A stretch of 64,000 bases of DNA from positions 1-64,000 of the forward strand of contig CBDDBZ010000018.1 in assembly GCA_965225945.1 (NCBI GenBank). The letters are read 5' to 3'. Source of the stretch: Alphaproteobacteria bacterium. Lineage in GTDB: Bacteria; Pseudomonadota; Alphaproteobacteria; GCA-2731375. Both the position numbers and the translations under genes were made by a program. Shown here piece by piece: positions 30,733 through 41,873 of this stretch. How positions within the stretch are numbered: the stretch's first letter is position 1; the number at the start of each line of letters is the position of its first letter. Below the pieces are notes generated by a model. It saw only the letters and a program-made list of their open reading frames with translations, had not been told where the DNA came from and searched no databases.

Positions 30733-32490
30733 TCAGCCGTCGTTTCCGGCCTCGGCCCGCCTCAGGCCGCGCTCGAGCTTGTTCCGGATTATCGTGACTT
30801 GGTCTTCCTCGGGCTTCAACGCGAGCGCGTGGCTCCACTGGAATCGCGCCTCCAGCCGGCGACCGACACGCCAATAGGCGTCGCCCAGATGGTCGTTGAT
30901 CACCGGGTCGTTCGGCCTGAGCTCGGCCGCCCGTTCCAGATGCTTGACCGCGTCGCCGTATTTGCCTCGCCGATAGAGCACCCAGCCGAGGCTGTCGACG
31001 ATATAGCCGTCGTTCGGTCGCTGGGAAACCGCCTTCTCGATCATCTCCTGCGCCCGGTCGAGGTGGAGGCCCTGCTCGACCCAGGAATAGCCGAGATAAT
31101 TCAGCACCAAGGGATGATCGGGGCTGAGTTCGAGCGCCTTGAGGAAATCGGCCTCCGCGCGCGCCCACTTCTTGGTCCGTTCGAGCGCGATACCGCGCGC
31201 GTAGAAGAGAGACCAGTGGCGTTTCTCCGGATGCTCCAATCCGATGAGCGCGAGATCGTAAGCCTTGGCCGCGTCGACATAACGCTCGCGCGCCCTCAGC
31301 AGGTCGGCGAGCGCGATGACGGCGGAATTGTCCCGGGCGTCGTCGGCCACGATGGCCTGCAGGGCCGCGACCGCCTCGTCGAGTCGATCCAGCCGCTCGA
31401 GATTGAACGCGATGCGGAGGCGGGAATCGCGATAGTAGGGCGAGCCGGGCTCGATCACGGCGAAGGCCTCGATCGCCTCTTCCCAACGGCGATCGGTCTC
31501 CAGTATTTCGCCCAGCAAGATCCGCGCGTCGTCGAAGCCGGGCCGGAGGAAGAGCGCCAGGTTCGCGTACATCCGGGCCGCGTCGCGGCCCCGATCCTGC
31601 GCGAGCGCGGTCGCGGCGCCGAAGAAGGCCTCGGCCAATCCCTCGCGCACCGTCGTCGCCGTCGACCGCGGTCGGTCGCCGTCGTCGAGCATCGCGAGAG
31701 CACGGCGAATCGGCGGGTGGTTCGGGATCCTTTCGAGGAAATCCTCGAAGACCTTGCGCGCGCCCGCGGAATCGCCGAGCTTGGCGAGGATTGCACCGCG
31801 CGCCAAGGTGGCCGAGGAGGTGAGGCCCTGCTCCTCGTCGACTTGGGCCAGCACGTCTGCCGCGCCCTCGGCATCGCCGGCGACGTCGCGCATCAAGGCC
31901 AGGTGGTAGTCGCGGAAGGACCGGAAGCTGTCTCGCCGCTCCAACGGTTTCAGCGCCTGCTCCGCCGCCGCGATGTCACCCAGGCCGACCTTCATCCAGG
32001 CCAGCATTAACGGCCTGAGTAGGGCCGCGAAGCCCTTGGCGCGCTGATCGATCAAGAACTTCTCGGCCTCGACGTAGCAATCGGCCCTGGCGTCGCGGGT
32101 GGCCAGCACCAGGCGGGCCAGTCCGGCGCCGCGGCCGTCGTCCACCAACTGTTCGGCGAGCTTGAAGGCCCGCGCATGGTCGCCCTTGGAAAGCGAGACC
32201 AGGAAGGTCCGCCGAATGAGCTGGTGGTTCTCCGGATCCTCGTTCAGAGCCAACTCGTAGAAATGCGCCGCGGCGTCGGTGTCGCGCGCGACCCGAGCGT
32301 GGCGCGCGGCCAAATAGTGGCCGAGGGCGGAATCGACCGGCTCCCCCTCGTCGGCGAAGGAACCGGCGCCCAGATTGCCGGCGCAGCCGGACAGGCTCGC
32401 CGTCAAGGTCAGGGCCATCGCCATCGCGCGAAGCGCGCGGGCGGCCTTTGGCGATCGCCGGTTCGGCGAGGCGTTCGGTGTTCGGCCCAT
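30733..32490 (-). CDS. TPR-repeat (lipo)protein
   Basis: LSGC lipobox-like, LNYLGYSW, YIVDSLGWVLY, HLGDAYW. Conserved position upstream of ispE. Start uncertain. Confidence 0.88.
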   Translation of the reverse strand: MGRTPNASPNRRSPKAARALRAMAMALTLTASLSGCAGNLGAGSFADEGEPVDSALGHYLAARHARVARDTDAAAHFYELALNEDPENHQLIRRTFLVSLSKGDHARAFKLAEQLVDDGRGAGLARLVLATRDARADCYVEAEKFLIDQRAKGFAALLRPLMLAWMKVGLGDIAAAEQALKPLERRDSFRSFRDYHLALMRDVAGDAEGAADVLAQVDEEQGLTSSATLARGAILAKLGDSAGARKVFEDFLERIPNHPPIRRALAMLDDGDRPRSTATTVREGLAEAFFGAATALAQDRGRDAARMYANLALFLRPGFDDARILLGEILETDRRWEEAIEAFAVIEPGSPYYRDSRLRIAFNLERLDRLDEAVAALQAIVADDARDNSAVIALADLLRARERYVDAAKAYDLALIGLEHPEKRHWSLFYARGIALERTKKWARAEADFLKALELSPDHPLVLNYLGYSWVEQGLHLDRAQEMIEKAVSQRPNDGYIVDSLGWVLYRRGKYGDAVKHLERAAELRPNDPVINDHLGDAYWRVGRRLEARFQWSHALALKPEEDQVTIIRNKLERGLRRAEAGNDG

Positions 32491-32518
32491 GATCCAGACC
32501 CTGGTCTCGTTGCCACCG

Positions 32519-34171
32519 TCACATATTGGGATAGTTTGGCCCACCGCCACCTTCCGGCACCACCCAGTTTATGTTTTGCGTCGGATCCTTGATGTCGCAA
32601 GTCTTGCAGTGGACGCAGTTCTGAGCGTTGATCTGCAGGCGCGGCTCGGAGCCGTCGTCGCGCAGTATCTCGTAGACGCCGGCCGGACAAAAGCGTTGTT
32701 CGGGCGCGTCGTAGAGCGCGAGATTGACCTCGATCGGCACCGCGTCGTCCGCCAGCGTCAGGTGGACCGGCTGATCCTCCTCGTGATTGGTGTTGGAAAG
32801 AAAGACCGAGGAGGGTATGTCGAAGCTCAGCACGCCGTCCGGCTTGGGATAGTCGATCGGCCGATATGCCTCCTTGCGGCCGATGTGGCGGTGGTCCGGC
32901 TGGCCGTGGCGCAACGTCCAGGGCAGATTGCCGCCCAGATGCTGATCGATAGCGTTATAGAGCGTCGCGCCGATGAGGCCCCATTTGGCGAAAGCCGGGC
33001 GGAAGTTCCGCGCCGCCCAAAGTTCCGAATGAACCCACGAGGCCTCGACCATCTCGGGATAGGCGGAAAGCTCGGCCGGGCCCATCTCGTCGCCCGCGCC
33101 GGCCAAGGCCTCGAAGGCGGCCTCGGCGGCCAGCATCCCGGTCTTCATCGCGTTGTGCGAGCCCTTGATCTTCGGCACGTTGAGAAAGCCGGCGGAGCAG
33201 CCGATCAGCACGCCGCCGGGGAAGATCAGCTTCGGCAGCGACTGTAGTCCTCCCTCGTTGAGCGCCCGGGCACCGTAGGCGATCCGGCTGCCGCCCGCCA
33301 GGTGCTTGCTGATCTCGGGGTGGGTCTTGAAGCGCTGGAACTCGTCGAAGGGCGAGAGATGGGGGTTCTCGTAGTCGAGGCTGACGACGAAGCCGACCGA
33401 CACCTGATTGTCCTCGAGATGATAGATGAAGGAGCCACCGTAGGTCGCCATGTCCATCGGCCAGCCGGCGGTGTGCATGATCAGGCCGGGGTGGTGGTTC
33501 TCCGCCGGGATCTCCCAGAGCTCCTTGATGCCGATGCCGTAGCTCTGATGCTGCGCGCCCGCGCGCAGCTCGAAGCGCCCCTCCAGGCCCTTGGTGAGGG
33601 AGCCGCGACAGCCCTCGGCCAGGAAGGTGTATTTCGCGTGCATCTCGATTCCCGGGGTGAAGGTGTCCTTTTGCTCGCCGTCGCGGCCGATTCCCATATC
33701 GCCGGTAGCCACGCCCTTGACCCGGCCGTCCCCGTGGTAGAGCACCTCGGCGGCGGCGAAGCCCGGGTAGATCTCCACCCCCATCGCTTCCGCCTGCTCG
33801 GCGAGCCAGCGGCAGAGGTTGCCTAAGCTGATGACGTAGTTCCCGTGATTCCGCATCACTTTCGGCAGCAGGGAGGTGGGAAATTTGATCGCGCTGGTGG
33901 CGGTGAGAAATTTGAAGTGCTCGGCGGTCACCGGAGTTTTGAGGGGTGTCTCCAGATCTCGCCAATTTGGAAACAGTTCTTCCAGCGCGCGGGGATCGAG
34001 GACCGCGCCGGAGAGGATGTGGGCGCCGATCTCAGAGCCCTTTTCCAGGATGCAGACGTCGAGGTCGACCCCACGTTCCCGGCAGAGCTGCTTCAGTCGT
34101 ATCGCCGCGCCGAGACCCGCCGGTCCGCCACCGACGATCACGACGTCGTAGGACATCGACTCTCGATCCAT
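32519..34171 (-). CDS. Electron transfer flavoprotein-ubiquinone oxidoreductase
   Basis: [34 protein letters not shown]. Confidence 0.95.
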   Translation of the reverse strand: MDRESMSYDVVIVGGGPAGLGAAIRLKQLCRERGVDLDVCILEKGSEIGAHILSGAVLDPRALEELFPNWRDLETPLKTPVTAEHFKFLTATSAIKFPTSLLPKVMRNHGNYVISLGNLCRWLAEQAEAMGVEIYPGFAAAEVLYHGDGRVKGVATGDMGIGRDGEQKDTFTPGIEMHAKYTFLAEGCRGSLTKGLEGRFELRAGAQHQSYGIGIKELWEIPAENHHPGLIMHTAGWPMDMATYGGSFIYHLEDNQVSVGFVVSLDYENPHLSPFDEFQRFKTHPEISKHLAGGSRIAYGARALNEGGLQSLPKLIFPGGVLIGCSAGFLNVPKIKGSHNAMKTGMLAAEAAFEALAGAGDEMGPAELSAYPEMVEASWVHSELWAARNFRPAFAKWGLIGATLYNAIDQHLGGNLPWTLRHGQPDHRHIGRKEAYRPIDYPKPDGVLSFDIPSSVFLSNTNHEEDQPVHLTLADDAVPIEVNLALYDAPEQRFCPAGVYEILRDDGSEPRLQINAQNCVHCKTCDIKDPTQNINWVVPEGGGGPNYPNM

Positions 34172-34319
34172 CCGTCTCGCTCCCGAGAGGGCTCGACTGC
34201 CGCGCCCGCGCGCGCCCGCTCTTATGCCGCGCGGCACGATGCCCGGTCAACGCCGCCGATGGGTGCCCAGGCCCGAGGCGGCTGGCGGCGGCGCGCCGGG
34301 TGGTGCTAACGTCGGGCCC

Positions 34320-35135
34320 ATGAGCGATCGCGCGCGCGCCCTCGAAATCCTCCGCTGGCACGCCGACGCCGGCGTCGACGAGACCATCGGCGAGGCGCCG
34401 GTCGACCGATTCCAGGCCTCGGCCCGGGCCGCGCGGCCAATGCCGAGCGTGCCCACGCCGAGCGCGGGTCGAGCGACGACGTCGCCGCGCCGCGCGCGGC
34501 CGGCGCCGGACTTGGCGATGGAGAACCCCGAGGCGGCCGAGGCCGGTGCCCGCGCGCTCGCCGCCGCCGCCCGCGACCTCGAGGAATTGCGCGCCGCGCT
34601 CGCCGCCTTCGACGACTGTCCGCTGAAGCACACCGCCGCCAACCTGGTCTTCGCCGACGGCGCCGCCGACGCACCGGTAATGCTGATCGGCGAGGCGCCA
34701 GGGGCCGACGAGGACCGCCAGGGCCTCCCCTTCGTCGGGGTCAGCGGCCGCCTGCTCGACCGCATGCTGGCCTCGATCGGGCTCGACCGGTCCGCCGCCT
34801 ACATCACCAACATCCTGCCCTGGCGCCCGCCCGGCAACCGCAAGCCGACACCGGCGGAGAGCACCATGTGCCTGCCGTTCATCCGGCGCCATATCGAGCT
34901 GAAGGCGCCGAAGCTGCTGGTCTTCCTGGGCGGCACCTCGGCGGCGACCTTGCTGGAGCGGCGCGAAGGCATTACCCGGCTCCGGGGCCGTTGGTTCGAA
35001 TACCAGGGAGCGGGCGGCGCGATCCCGGCGATGCCGACCTACCACCCCGCCTTCCTACTGCGCCAACCGGCCCTGAAACGGGACTCTTGGTCCGACCTCC
35101 TCGCCGTTCGCGCCCGCCTCGACGATCTTTCGTGA
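34320..35135 (+). CDS. Uracil-DNA glycosylase, family 4
   Basis: [34 protein letters not shown]. Confidence 0.93.
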   Translation: MSDRARALEILRWHADAGVDETIGEAPVDRFQASARAARPMPSVPTPSAGRATTSPRRARPAPDLAMENPEAAEAGARALAAAARDLEELRAALAAFDDCPLKHTAANLVFADGAADAPVMLIGEAPGADEDRQGLPFVGVSGRLLDRMLASIGLDRSAAYITNILPWRPPGNRKPTPAESTMCLPFIRRHIELKAPKLLVFLGGTSAATLLERREGITRLRGRWFEYQGAGGAIPAMPTYHPAFLLRQPALKRDSWSDLLAVRARLDDLS

Positions 35136-35236
35136 ACCATATCTCGTACCAAAGATTCGTCGAGCCACAATATAACCCAGTGAGAGCCTGTCATTTATTG
35201 AAAATTTGTTGATAATTGATTATATTTAGCTGACGG

Positions 35237-37120
35237 ATGGGAGGCGTATCGGGGGGCTCGCTGGTGGCTATTAGACAGGCAAGCTCGGGTTCGATCGACG
35301 GCCGGGAGGGGCGCGCCGAGTGCCGGGCCCGGGTCGGTCGGCGGCTGGGGCTGGTGCTGCTGTTCGCGCTCCTGGCGCCGGTCACCGGCCTGGCCAGTTC
35401 GGCGGACCAGGAACGGCTGGGCGTCGGCGGCTTCGGCGGCGTCGAGGTTCCGCGCGTGCTCTCGGACGACGACGTTGGTCGCTATCGACAGATCACCGAG
35501 CTACAGCGCGACGCCCGCTGGCGGGCGGCGGACAAGGTGGCCGGCCGGCTCGACAATCCGGTGCTGATGGGCCACTTCCTCTTCGAGCGTTACATGCACC
35601 CGACGGCCTACCGCTCCCGTTTCAAGGAGCTGAAGCGCTGGCTCGATCGCCATCACGATCACCCCGGCGCCGATCGGATTTACCGACTGGCCATGAAGCG
35701 CCGGCCCAAGGGGGCTGGGCGGCCCAAGCGACCGACGACGGCGGAGATCCCCCTGGGCACCGAGGTCCCGCGCGCGGCGCTGGCGCGGACGGTCCCCCGA
35801 CTCGCGTGGCGTGGCCGGGCGCACAGGCTCGAGCGCCAGACCGCCGAAGATCTCGGGCACGACCGGCCGACCCGGGCCTGGAAGCGCCTTCGCGCGGAGC
35901 AAGTCCGCCAACCGCTGCAACCCGCGTCGTACGACGCGATCGCCGCCGCCATCGCCCGGAGCTACTATTTCAACGGCAAGTTCGGACGCGCCCTCGAGAT
36001 CGCCCGCGCCGCCGCCGAACGCTCTCGCCGCCTGGTGCACGGCGCCGACTGGTTCGCCGGACTCGCGGCCTGGCGGCGCGGCGAACTGGAGGCGGCCCGC
36101 CATCACTTCGGCGCCCTCGCCCGCTCCAAGACCGCGCCGCCCGCCATGGTCGCGGCGGGCGCCTATTGGGCCTCGCGGGCCCATCTGGTGGACCGCCGGC
36201 CGAGCGAGGTGATCCCCTATCTGAGCGTCGCGGCTCGCTACCCTCGGACTTTCTATGGCCTGATCGCCCGTCGACTGCTGGATTCGGAGTCCCACTTCGA
36301 CTGGACTCCGCCGCCCTTGTCCGACGCGTACCTGCGCCGCCTGTTGGCGATTCCGGCGGTGCGCCGGATCGTCGCCTTCTGCGAGATCGAGCGGCACGAT
36401 CTGGCCGACCGCGAGGTCCGCGCTCTACTGGCGACGGCGCCGAGTCGGCTGAGTCCGGTGCTCTTCGCGCTCACCCATCGACTGGGGATGGCGGAGACAC
36501 AGCTACGCTTGGCGCAACGCCATCGGCTGGTCCGTGGCGTGATTCACGACGCCGCGCTCTACCCGATGGCGCCGTGGACGCCCAAGGGCGGCTACGAAAT
36601 CGACCGGGCGCTCGTCAACGCCTTCATCCGGCGGGAATCGAACTTCCGCGCCAGCGCCACGAGCCCGGCCGGCGCCCGTGGTCTGATGCAACTGATGCCG
36701 CGGACGGCGAGCTTCATCGCCGGTGACCGGCGGCTCAATGGCAAGCTCAAGCGTCGCCTGCTGGAGCCCACCTACAACATCCAGCTCGGCCAGCGCTACC
36801 TCGCCCATCTGCTGGGCAACAAGGCGATCCGCGGCAACCTGGTGCTGCTGGCGATAGCCTACAACGGCGGCCCCCGGAACGCGCGGAGATGGTTCCGCGA
36901 GATCGATCACGGCGAGGATCCGTTGCTGCTGATCGAGAGCGTGCCGTGGCACGAGACGCGGATTTTCGTCAAGCGAATCCTGACGAACTTCTGGATCTAT
37001 CGCGATCGCATGGGCCAGGATTTGCCCTCGCTGGACGCCTTGGCGACGGGATACTGGCCGTATTACACGGCGCTCGACGGCAAGAGCATGGCGCTCGCCG
37101 AAAGCCGGCGGAAGAGGTGA
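35237..37120 (+). CDS. Soluble lytic transglycosylase (SLT domain)
   Basis: [32 protein letters not shown]. Start uncertain. Confidence 0.9.
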   Translation: MGGVSGGSLVAIRQASSGSIDGREGRAECRARVGRRLGLVLLFALLAPVTGLASSADQERLGVGGFGGVEVPRVLSDDDVGRYRQITELQRDARWRAADKVAGRLDNPVLMGHFLFERYMHPTAYRSRFKELKRWLDRHHDHPGADRIYRLAMKRRPKGAGRPKRPTTAEIPLGTEVPRAALARTVPRLAWRGRAHRLERQTAEDLGHDRPTRAWKRLRAEQVRQPLQPASYDAIAAAIARSYYFNGKFGRALEIARAAAERSRRLVHGADWFAGLAAWRRGELEAARHHFGALARSKTAPPAMVAAGAYWASRAHLVDRRPSEVIPYLSVAARYPRTFYGLIARRLLDSESHFDWTPPPLSDAYLRRLLAIPAVRRIVAFCEIERHDLADREVRALLATAPSRLSPVLFALTHRLGMAETQLRLAQRHRLVRGVIHDAALYPMAPWTPKGGYEIDRALVNAFIRRESNFRASATSPAGARGLMQLMPRTASFIAGDRRLNGKLKRRLLEPTYNIQLGQRYLAHLLGNKAIRGNLVLLAIAYNGGPRNARRWFREIDHGEDPLLLIESVPWHETRIFVKRILTNFWIYRDRMGQDLPSLDALATGYWPYYTALDGKSMALAESRRKR

Positions 37121-37127
37121 CGAGAGG

Positions 37128-37673
37128 GTGGGCATCGACGAGAGCATCGACTTCCGCCCGGTCAAACTCGCGGTGATGACCGTCTCCGATAGCCGGAGCG
37201 AGGCCGACGATCGCTCGGGCGCACTGCTGGTGGAACGGCTCGAGGGCGCCGGCCACGAACTCGCCGACCGCCGCATCGTGCGCGACGAGCGCGACGCGAT
37301 CGGCGAGCAACTGCGCGCCTGGATCGCCGATCCGGGCATCGAGGTGGTGATCGCCACCGGCGGCACCGGGGTCACCGGCCGCGATGTGACGCCCGAGGCC
37401 TTCCACGACGTTTACGAGAAGGAGATCCCGGGCTTCGGGGAGTTGTTCCGGATGATCAGCTACCAGATCATCGGCACCTCGAGCGTGCAGTCGCGGGCGA
37501 CGGCCGGCGTCGCGAAGGGCACCTACCTCTTCGCGCTGCCCGGCTCGCCCAGTGCCTGCAAGGATGCCTGGGACAACATCCTGCGCGACCAGCTCGACAT
37601 CCGCCACAAGCCGTGCAACTTCGCCGAGCTCCTGCCGCGCCTCAGGGAACACGAGAGCGACGCCGCCGAATAA
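37128..37673 (+). CDS. moaB: Molybdenum cofactor biosynthesis protein B
   Basis: [36 protein letters not shown]. Confidence 0.93.
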   Translation: MGIDESIDFRPVKLAVMTVSDSRSEADDRSGALLVERLEGAGHELADRRIVRDERDAIGEQLRAWIADPGIEVVIATGGTGVTGRDVTPEAFHDVYEKEIPGFGELFRMISYQIIGTSSVQSRATAGVAKGTYLFALPGSPSACKDAWDNILRDQLDIRHKPCNFAELLPRLREHESDAAE

Positions 37674-38256
37674 CACGACGGAGGTCGGCGGCGCTATCGA
37701 CGTCTTCCAGCGTCTCCAACAGGGCGCGACGGCGTCCCGCCGGCAGGTTAGCGAGGGTGTCGGCCAGGGTATGCGAGCTCGACCAACGGACGCCCCGGAA
37801 CAATCGTGCGAGGAGCGCCGGATTGCGCGCGCCGACCAACCAATAGCCGCCGTCCGCCGCCGGTCCCAGCACCAGGTCGCTCGCCGCCAGCGCGCTGAAC
37901 GCGGGCCTGAGATGGGCGGGTCCGAGATCGGGAATGTCGGAGCCGACGACGACGCAAGGCCGCGGCGGATGGCGCCGGAGCGCGCGGGCCATGCGAAGAC
38001 CTAGATCGCCCGAGCCCTGTGCCTCGCGCGCGAGAGCGGCGGGCCACCAGCGGCCGCGCCGCGCGAAGCGATCGGGCGTCACGGCCAAGACGAGGTCCCA
38101 ACGTCGCTCGCGGGCCAGCCGCGCCAGCACCGCCGCCGTCGTCTCCCGGTAGAAGCGCCGGGCCGCCGTCTGGCCGATGTCGCGCGCCAGCCGGGTCTTC
38201 ACCGCGCCCAATCGCGGCGCCTTGACGAAGACCACGACCAGGGGCCGCCGCCTCAT
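37642..38256 (-). CDS. TIGR04282/DUF2064 nucleotidyltransferase-like protein
   Basis: FVKAPRLGAVKTRL, GDLGLRM, GSDIP, GPAADGGYWL. Confidence 0.85.
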   Translation of the reverse strand: MRRRPLVVVFVKAPRLGAVKTRLARDIGQTAARRFYRETTAAVLARLARERRWDLVLAVTPDRFARRGRWWPAALAREAQGSGDLGLRMARALRRHPPRPCVVVGSDIPDLGPAHLRPAFSALAASDLVLGPAADGGYWLVGARNPALLARLFRGVRWSSSHTLADTLANLPAGRRRALLETLEDVDSAADLRRVIRRRRSRVP

Positions 38257-38921
38257 CCGTAGAGCCGCCTGAGATAGCTCGGTGGCACGCCGGCGAAATA
38301 GAGCCCGAGGCAGACCAGGTTGCGCGCGCTGCGGCCGAGATAGCCCCGACGGTAGCGCGTCGGCGAGGTGACCATCTCCGCCGCCAACAGATCGATCCGA
38401 CGGCGGCCGATCGCCCTGGCCATCGCCACGTCCTCCATCAACACCAGGGGGCGAAAGCCGCCGACGGAATCATGCAAGTCGCGGGAGATCAATAACCCCT
38501 GATCGCCATAGGGAAGCCCGAGCACGCGGGTCCGCCAGGCGACGATACGCTCCAACCGTCGGGCCGCCGGGCGGGAATCGTCGAAGCGGAGGTGGAAAAC
38601 GCCGGCGCGATCGGGTGAGGCCATGTGGGCCGCCGCCGCCGCCCGCCAGCCCGGACCCGGTCGGCTGTCGGCATGGAGGAACAAGAGCCAGGCCGTCCGC
38701 GCGGCCGCCGCCCCTCGGGCGAGCTGCCGGCCCCGGCCCGGTGGGCTCTCGATCACCACGGCGCCCGCCTGGCGGGCGACCCGCGCCGTTTCGTCGCCCG
38801 AGCCGCCGTCGACCACGATCACCTCCTCGACGAAGCCGTCGAGCCGCGCCGGCGCCAGCGCGTCGAGGGTCCGGGCGAGCGTCGCCTCGGCGTTCAGTGT
38901 CGGGATGATCACGCTCGGCAT
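38253..38921 (-). CDS. TIGR04283-type GT2 glycosyltransferase
   Basis: IIPTLNAE, VDGGSGD, FLHAD, PYGDQGL, LMEDV. Confidence 0.87.
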   Translation of the reverse strand: MPSVIIPTLNAEATLARTLDALAPARLDGFVEEVIVVDGGSGDETARVARQAGAVVIESPPGRGRQLARGAAAARTAWLLFLHADSRPGPGWRAAAAAHMASPDRAGVFHLRFDDSRPAARRLERIVAWRTRVLGLPYGDQGLLISRDLHDSVGGFRPLVLMEDVAMARAIGRRRIDLLAAEMVTSPTRYRRGYLGRSARNLVCLGLYFAGVPPSYLRRLYG

Positions 38922-38978
38922 CGGCGCTAGGATAGCGCAAGCCGGCCAGCCGATCCGAGGTCGCCGTCGGTTTCGATT

Positions 38979-38993
38979 GTTCTTGTTTTGTTC
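38979..38993 (+). promoter_or_regulatory. Alphaproteobacterial LexA (SOS) box
   Basis: GTTC-TTGTTTT-GTTC is an exact GTTC-N7-GTTC, 24 bp before the radical SAM ATG. Confidence 0.8.
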
Positions 38994-39017
38994 ACATCAC
39001 GAGTTTATCCTGTCGTC

Positions 39018-40106
39018 ATGTGGAACGAGACGACCAAACTGCCGGCGGACGCGCGCAAGGGGCGCGGCGCCCTCAGCAATGCCAGCGGCCGCCATGAAAC
39101 GCAGGAGCGCTTTCTGGCCGACGACGGCTGGGGCAGCGCCGAACGGGCCGCGACGCCGCGGCGCACCGAGGTGACGATCGATGCCTCGCGCACGATCATC
39201 GCCCGCAACGATTCGCCCGACATCGGTTTCGACCGCTCGATCAATCCCTATCGCGGCTGCGAGCACGGCTGCATCTATTGCTACGCCCGGCCAACCCATG
39301 CCTGGCTCGGCCTCTCGCCCGGCGTGGATTTCGAAACCCGCCTCTTCGCCAAGCCGGACGCGGCGAAACTGCTGGAAGCGGAACTGGCGTGGCCCGGCTA
39401 CGACTGCCGGCCGATCGCCATGGGGACCAACACCGATCCCTATCAGCCGCTGGAACAACGGATGGAGATCACCCGCTCGATCCTGGAGGTGCTCTCGCGC
39501 CACGACCATCCGGTGTCGATCGTCACCAAGAGCCATACGATCGTCCGCGACCTCGATATCTTGGGCGCCATGGCGGAGCGGCGGCTGGTCAAGGTCGCGC
39601 TTTCGCTCACCACTCTCGACCGGGGCTTGGCGCGGAAGATGGAGCCCAGGGCGGCGACGCCAGGGCGCCGCCTGGCGGCGATTCGCCGGCTCAGCGAGGC
39701 GGGCATTCCGACGGCTGTGATGGTGGCGCCGATCATTCCGGCGATCAACGACATGGAGATCGAGGAGATCCTGCAAAACGCCGCCTGGGCCGGCGCCGAC
39801 GGCGCCTCTTACGTGCTGCTGCGCCTACCGCTGGAGATCAAGGAGCTCTGGCGGGAGTGGCTGGAGGCGCACTTCCCGGACCGAGCCGGCAAGGTCATGC
39901 GGCTGCTGCGCGAGATGCGGGGCGGGCGCGACTACGATGCGCGCTTCTCCCTCAGGATGAGCGGCACCGGGCCCTACGCGCGGTTGATCGCCCGGCGTTT
40001 CCAGCTGGCCCGAAAGCGGCTGGGGCTCGACGGCGGCGAGGTGGAACTGGACGTCGAGCGCTTCCGGCCGCCGATCCGGCCGGGCGATCAATTGACGCTG
40101 TTCTGA
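39018..40106 (+). CDS. PA0069/Rv2578c-family radical SAM protein (spore photoproduct lyase-like)
   Basis: NPYRGCEHGCIYCYARP, GTNTDPYQP and a C-terminal QLTLF clamp-binding-like motif. Confidence 0.92.
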   Translation: MWNETTKLPADARKGRGALSNASGRHETQERFLADDGWGSAERAATPRRTEVTIDASRTIIARNDSPDIGFDRSINPYRGCEHGCIYCYARPTHAWLGLSPGVDFETRLFAKPDAAKLLEAELAWPGYDCRPIAMGTNTDPYQPLEQRMEITRSILEVLSRHDHPVSIVTKSHTIVRDLDILGAMAERRLVKVALSLTTLDRGLARKMEPRAATPGRRLAAIRRLSEAGIPTAVMVAPIIPAINDMEIEEILQNAAWAGADGASYVLLRLPLEIKELWREWLEAHFPDRAGKVMRLLREMRGGRDYDARFSLRMSGTGPYARLIARRFQLARKRLGLDGGEVELDVERFRPPIRPGDQLTLF

Positions 40107-40169
40107 TTCTCGGCACAGATTGTCGCCGCGGCGCGATATCGAGGCGCCTCGCGAGGGAGACGGCGCGGC

Positions 40170-41594
40170 ATGGAGCGGGAAGCGCTTCTCGACATCACTA
40201 TCGTGGTCGCCGCCGCCTTGCTCTGCGGCTTGGCTCTGAGACGGCTGCGCCAGCCGCCGATCGTCGGCTATATCCTCGCCGGCGCGGTCTTCGGGCCCTC
40301 GGCGCTGGGCCTGATCGAGAACCGCGAGGCGATCGCCACCCTGGCCGAGCTCGGGGTCCTGCTGCTGCTCTTCACCATCGGGATGGAGCTGTCGCTCCGC
40401 GCCTTCCGCCGGGTGCTTCGGGTCGCCCTGCTCGCCAGCGCGGCGCAGATCCTGCTGGCGGTGGGCGTGATGCTGCTGCTGGGCACCGCCTTCGGTTGGC
40501 CGATGCCACTCGCGGTTCTGCTCGGCTTCGTCGTCGCGCTCTCCAGCACCGCCGTCGCCTTCAAGATCCTCGAGGAGATCGACGAATTGCGCACCGACGT
40601 CGGCCGCGTCGCCGTCGGCGTGCTGATCGCGCAGGATCTGGCGGTGGTCCCGATGCTGCTGCTGGTCGACGGCATGGCGGGCGAAGCGGGCCTGCCCAAG
40701 GCGGCGATCGGCAAGGTGCTGCTGGCGGTGGGCCTGCTGGCCCTGATGATCGCCTATCTGACGCGGCGCGAGCGGGTTTCCATGCCGTTCGTCGAGGCGA
40801 TCGGCGAGAATGTCGAGTTGGTGGCCCTGGTCGCCCTCACCTTCTGCTTCTGCGCGGCTCTGCTCTCGGCACTGTTCGGCCTATCGCCGGCCTACGGCGC
40901 CTTTCTCGCCGGCCTGTGGATCGGCAACAGCCACAGCCGCACCACGGTGCTCTCCGCCACGCTGCCGATCCAGGGCGTGTTGCTGATGGTGTTCTTCCTC
41001 TCGATCGGCATCCTGCTCGATCTCGGCTTCATCTGGGAGAACATCGGCCAAGTCGTGGCGCTACTGGTCGTGGTCACGCTATTCAAGACGGCGATGAACG
41101 TCACCATCCTCAGGCTCCTGGGCGAGCCGTGGGCGCGAGCCTGGCTCGCCGGCGTGGTGATCGGCCAAATCGGCGAGTTCTCCTTCGTGTTGCTGGCGGC
41201 GGGTGCCGCCGTGGGCGTCATCGGCACCGACGACCAGCGGCTGATCATCGCGGTAATCGCCCTCAGCCTGATGACCAGCCCGCTCTGGCTGATGACCGCC
41301 AGGCGCCTCAGCGAGCTCACCTGGACCGGGATCAGCGGCGTCCGGCAGCTCTTGGGGCTAGTCTACGCGCCCGAGACGCGGGCGCTCGCCGTCGCCTCGC
41401 GCGGCGCGCTGGTCGGCTGCAACGAGGCGATGCGCGCGACCCTTCGCCTGGGCGAACAGGGCGTCGAGGCCTATCAACGTCTGCGCCAGGGCCAAGGCGA
41501 GGAGACGCCGGAAGATCCGAGCCGCGACGTCTCCTTCGAGCGGGACCTGCCGCTGGAGCCGACGCCGGAGGCCGAGGAGGTGCCGCGGGACTAG
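40170..41594 (+). CDS. Cation:proton antiporter (CPA2 family, no KTN domain)
   Basis: LAELGVLLLLFTIGME, ALSSTAV, LIAQDLAVV, QIGEFSFVL. Confidence 0.9.
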   Translation: MEREALLDITIVVAAALLCGLALRRLRQPPIVGYILAGAVFGPSALGLIENREAIATLAELGVLLLLFTIGMELSLRAFRRVLRVALLASAAQILLAVGVMLLLGTAFGWPMPLAVLLGFVVALSSTAVAFKILEEIDELRTDVGRVAVGVLIAQDLAVVPMLLLVDGMAGEAGLPKAAIGKVLLAVGLLALMIAYLTRRERVSMPFVEAIGENVELVALVALTFCFCAALLSALFGLSPAYGAFLAGLWIGNSHSRTTVLSATLPIQGVLLMVFFLSIGILLDLGFIWENIGQVVALLVVVTLFKTAMNVTILRLLGEPWARAWLAGVVIGQIGEFSFVLLAAGAAVGVIGTDDQRLIIAVIALSLMTSPLWLMTARRLSELTWTGISGVRQLLGLVYAPETRALAVASRGALVGCNEAMRATLRLGEQGVEAYQRLRQGQGEETPEDPSRDVSFERDLPLEPTPEAEEVPRD

Positions 41595-41860
41595 TGGATA
41601 GAATCCAACATATGGTACCCCTACGACGGTTTCCCGAGTTCGTCCGGAAAGGCGCCCGGTGCGCCGTGATGCTGGTGCATCACAAGCGCCGGTCAACGCG
41701 TCCGGCGGGCTCGGGAAGCCGCCCTTCGGGTCCCATATCCTGGCTTCTCGGGGCGTCGGGCACCCTTGACGATGTGCCGGCATCGCCGACGGGCGCCCTC
41801 CTGCCGAGAAGCCAGGATATGGGATCGTAGGGGTACCATATGTTGGATTCTATCCACTAG
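41591..41860. mobile_element. 270-bp MITE-like element with CTAG ends
   Basis: 36-bp perfect IR (41591-41626 / 41825-41860) including the terminal CTAG, plus an internal 21-bp IR (41731-41751 / 41804-41824). No convincing ORF. Confidence 0.85.
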
Positions 41861-41873
41861 CCGCCAGGCCGGG

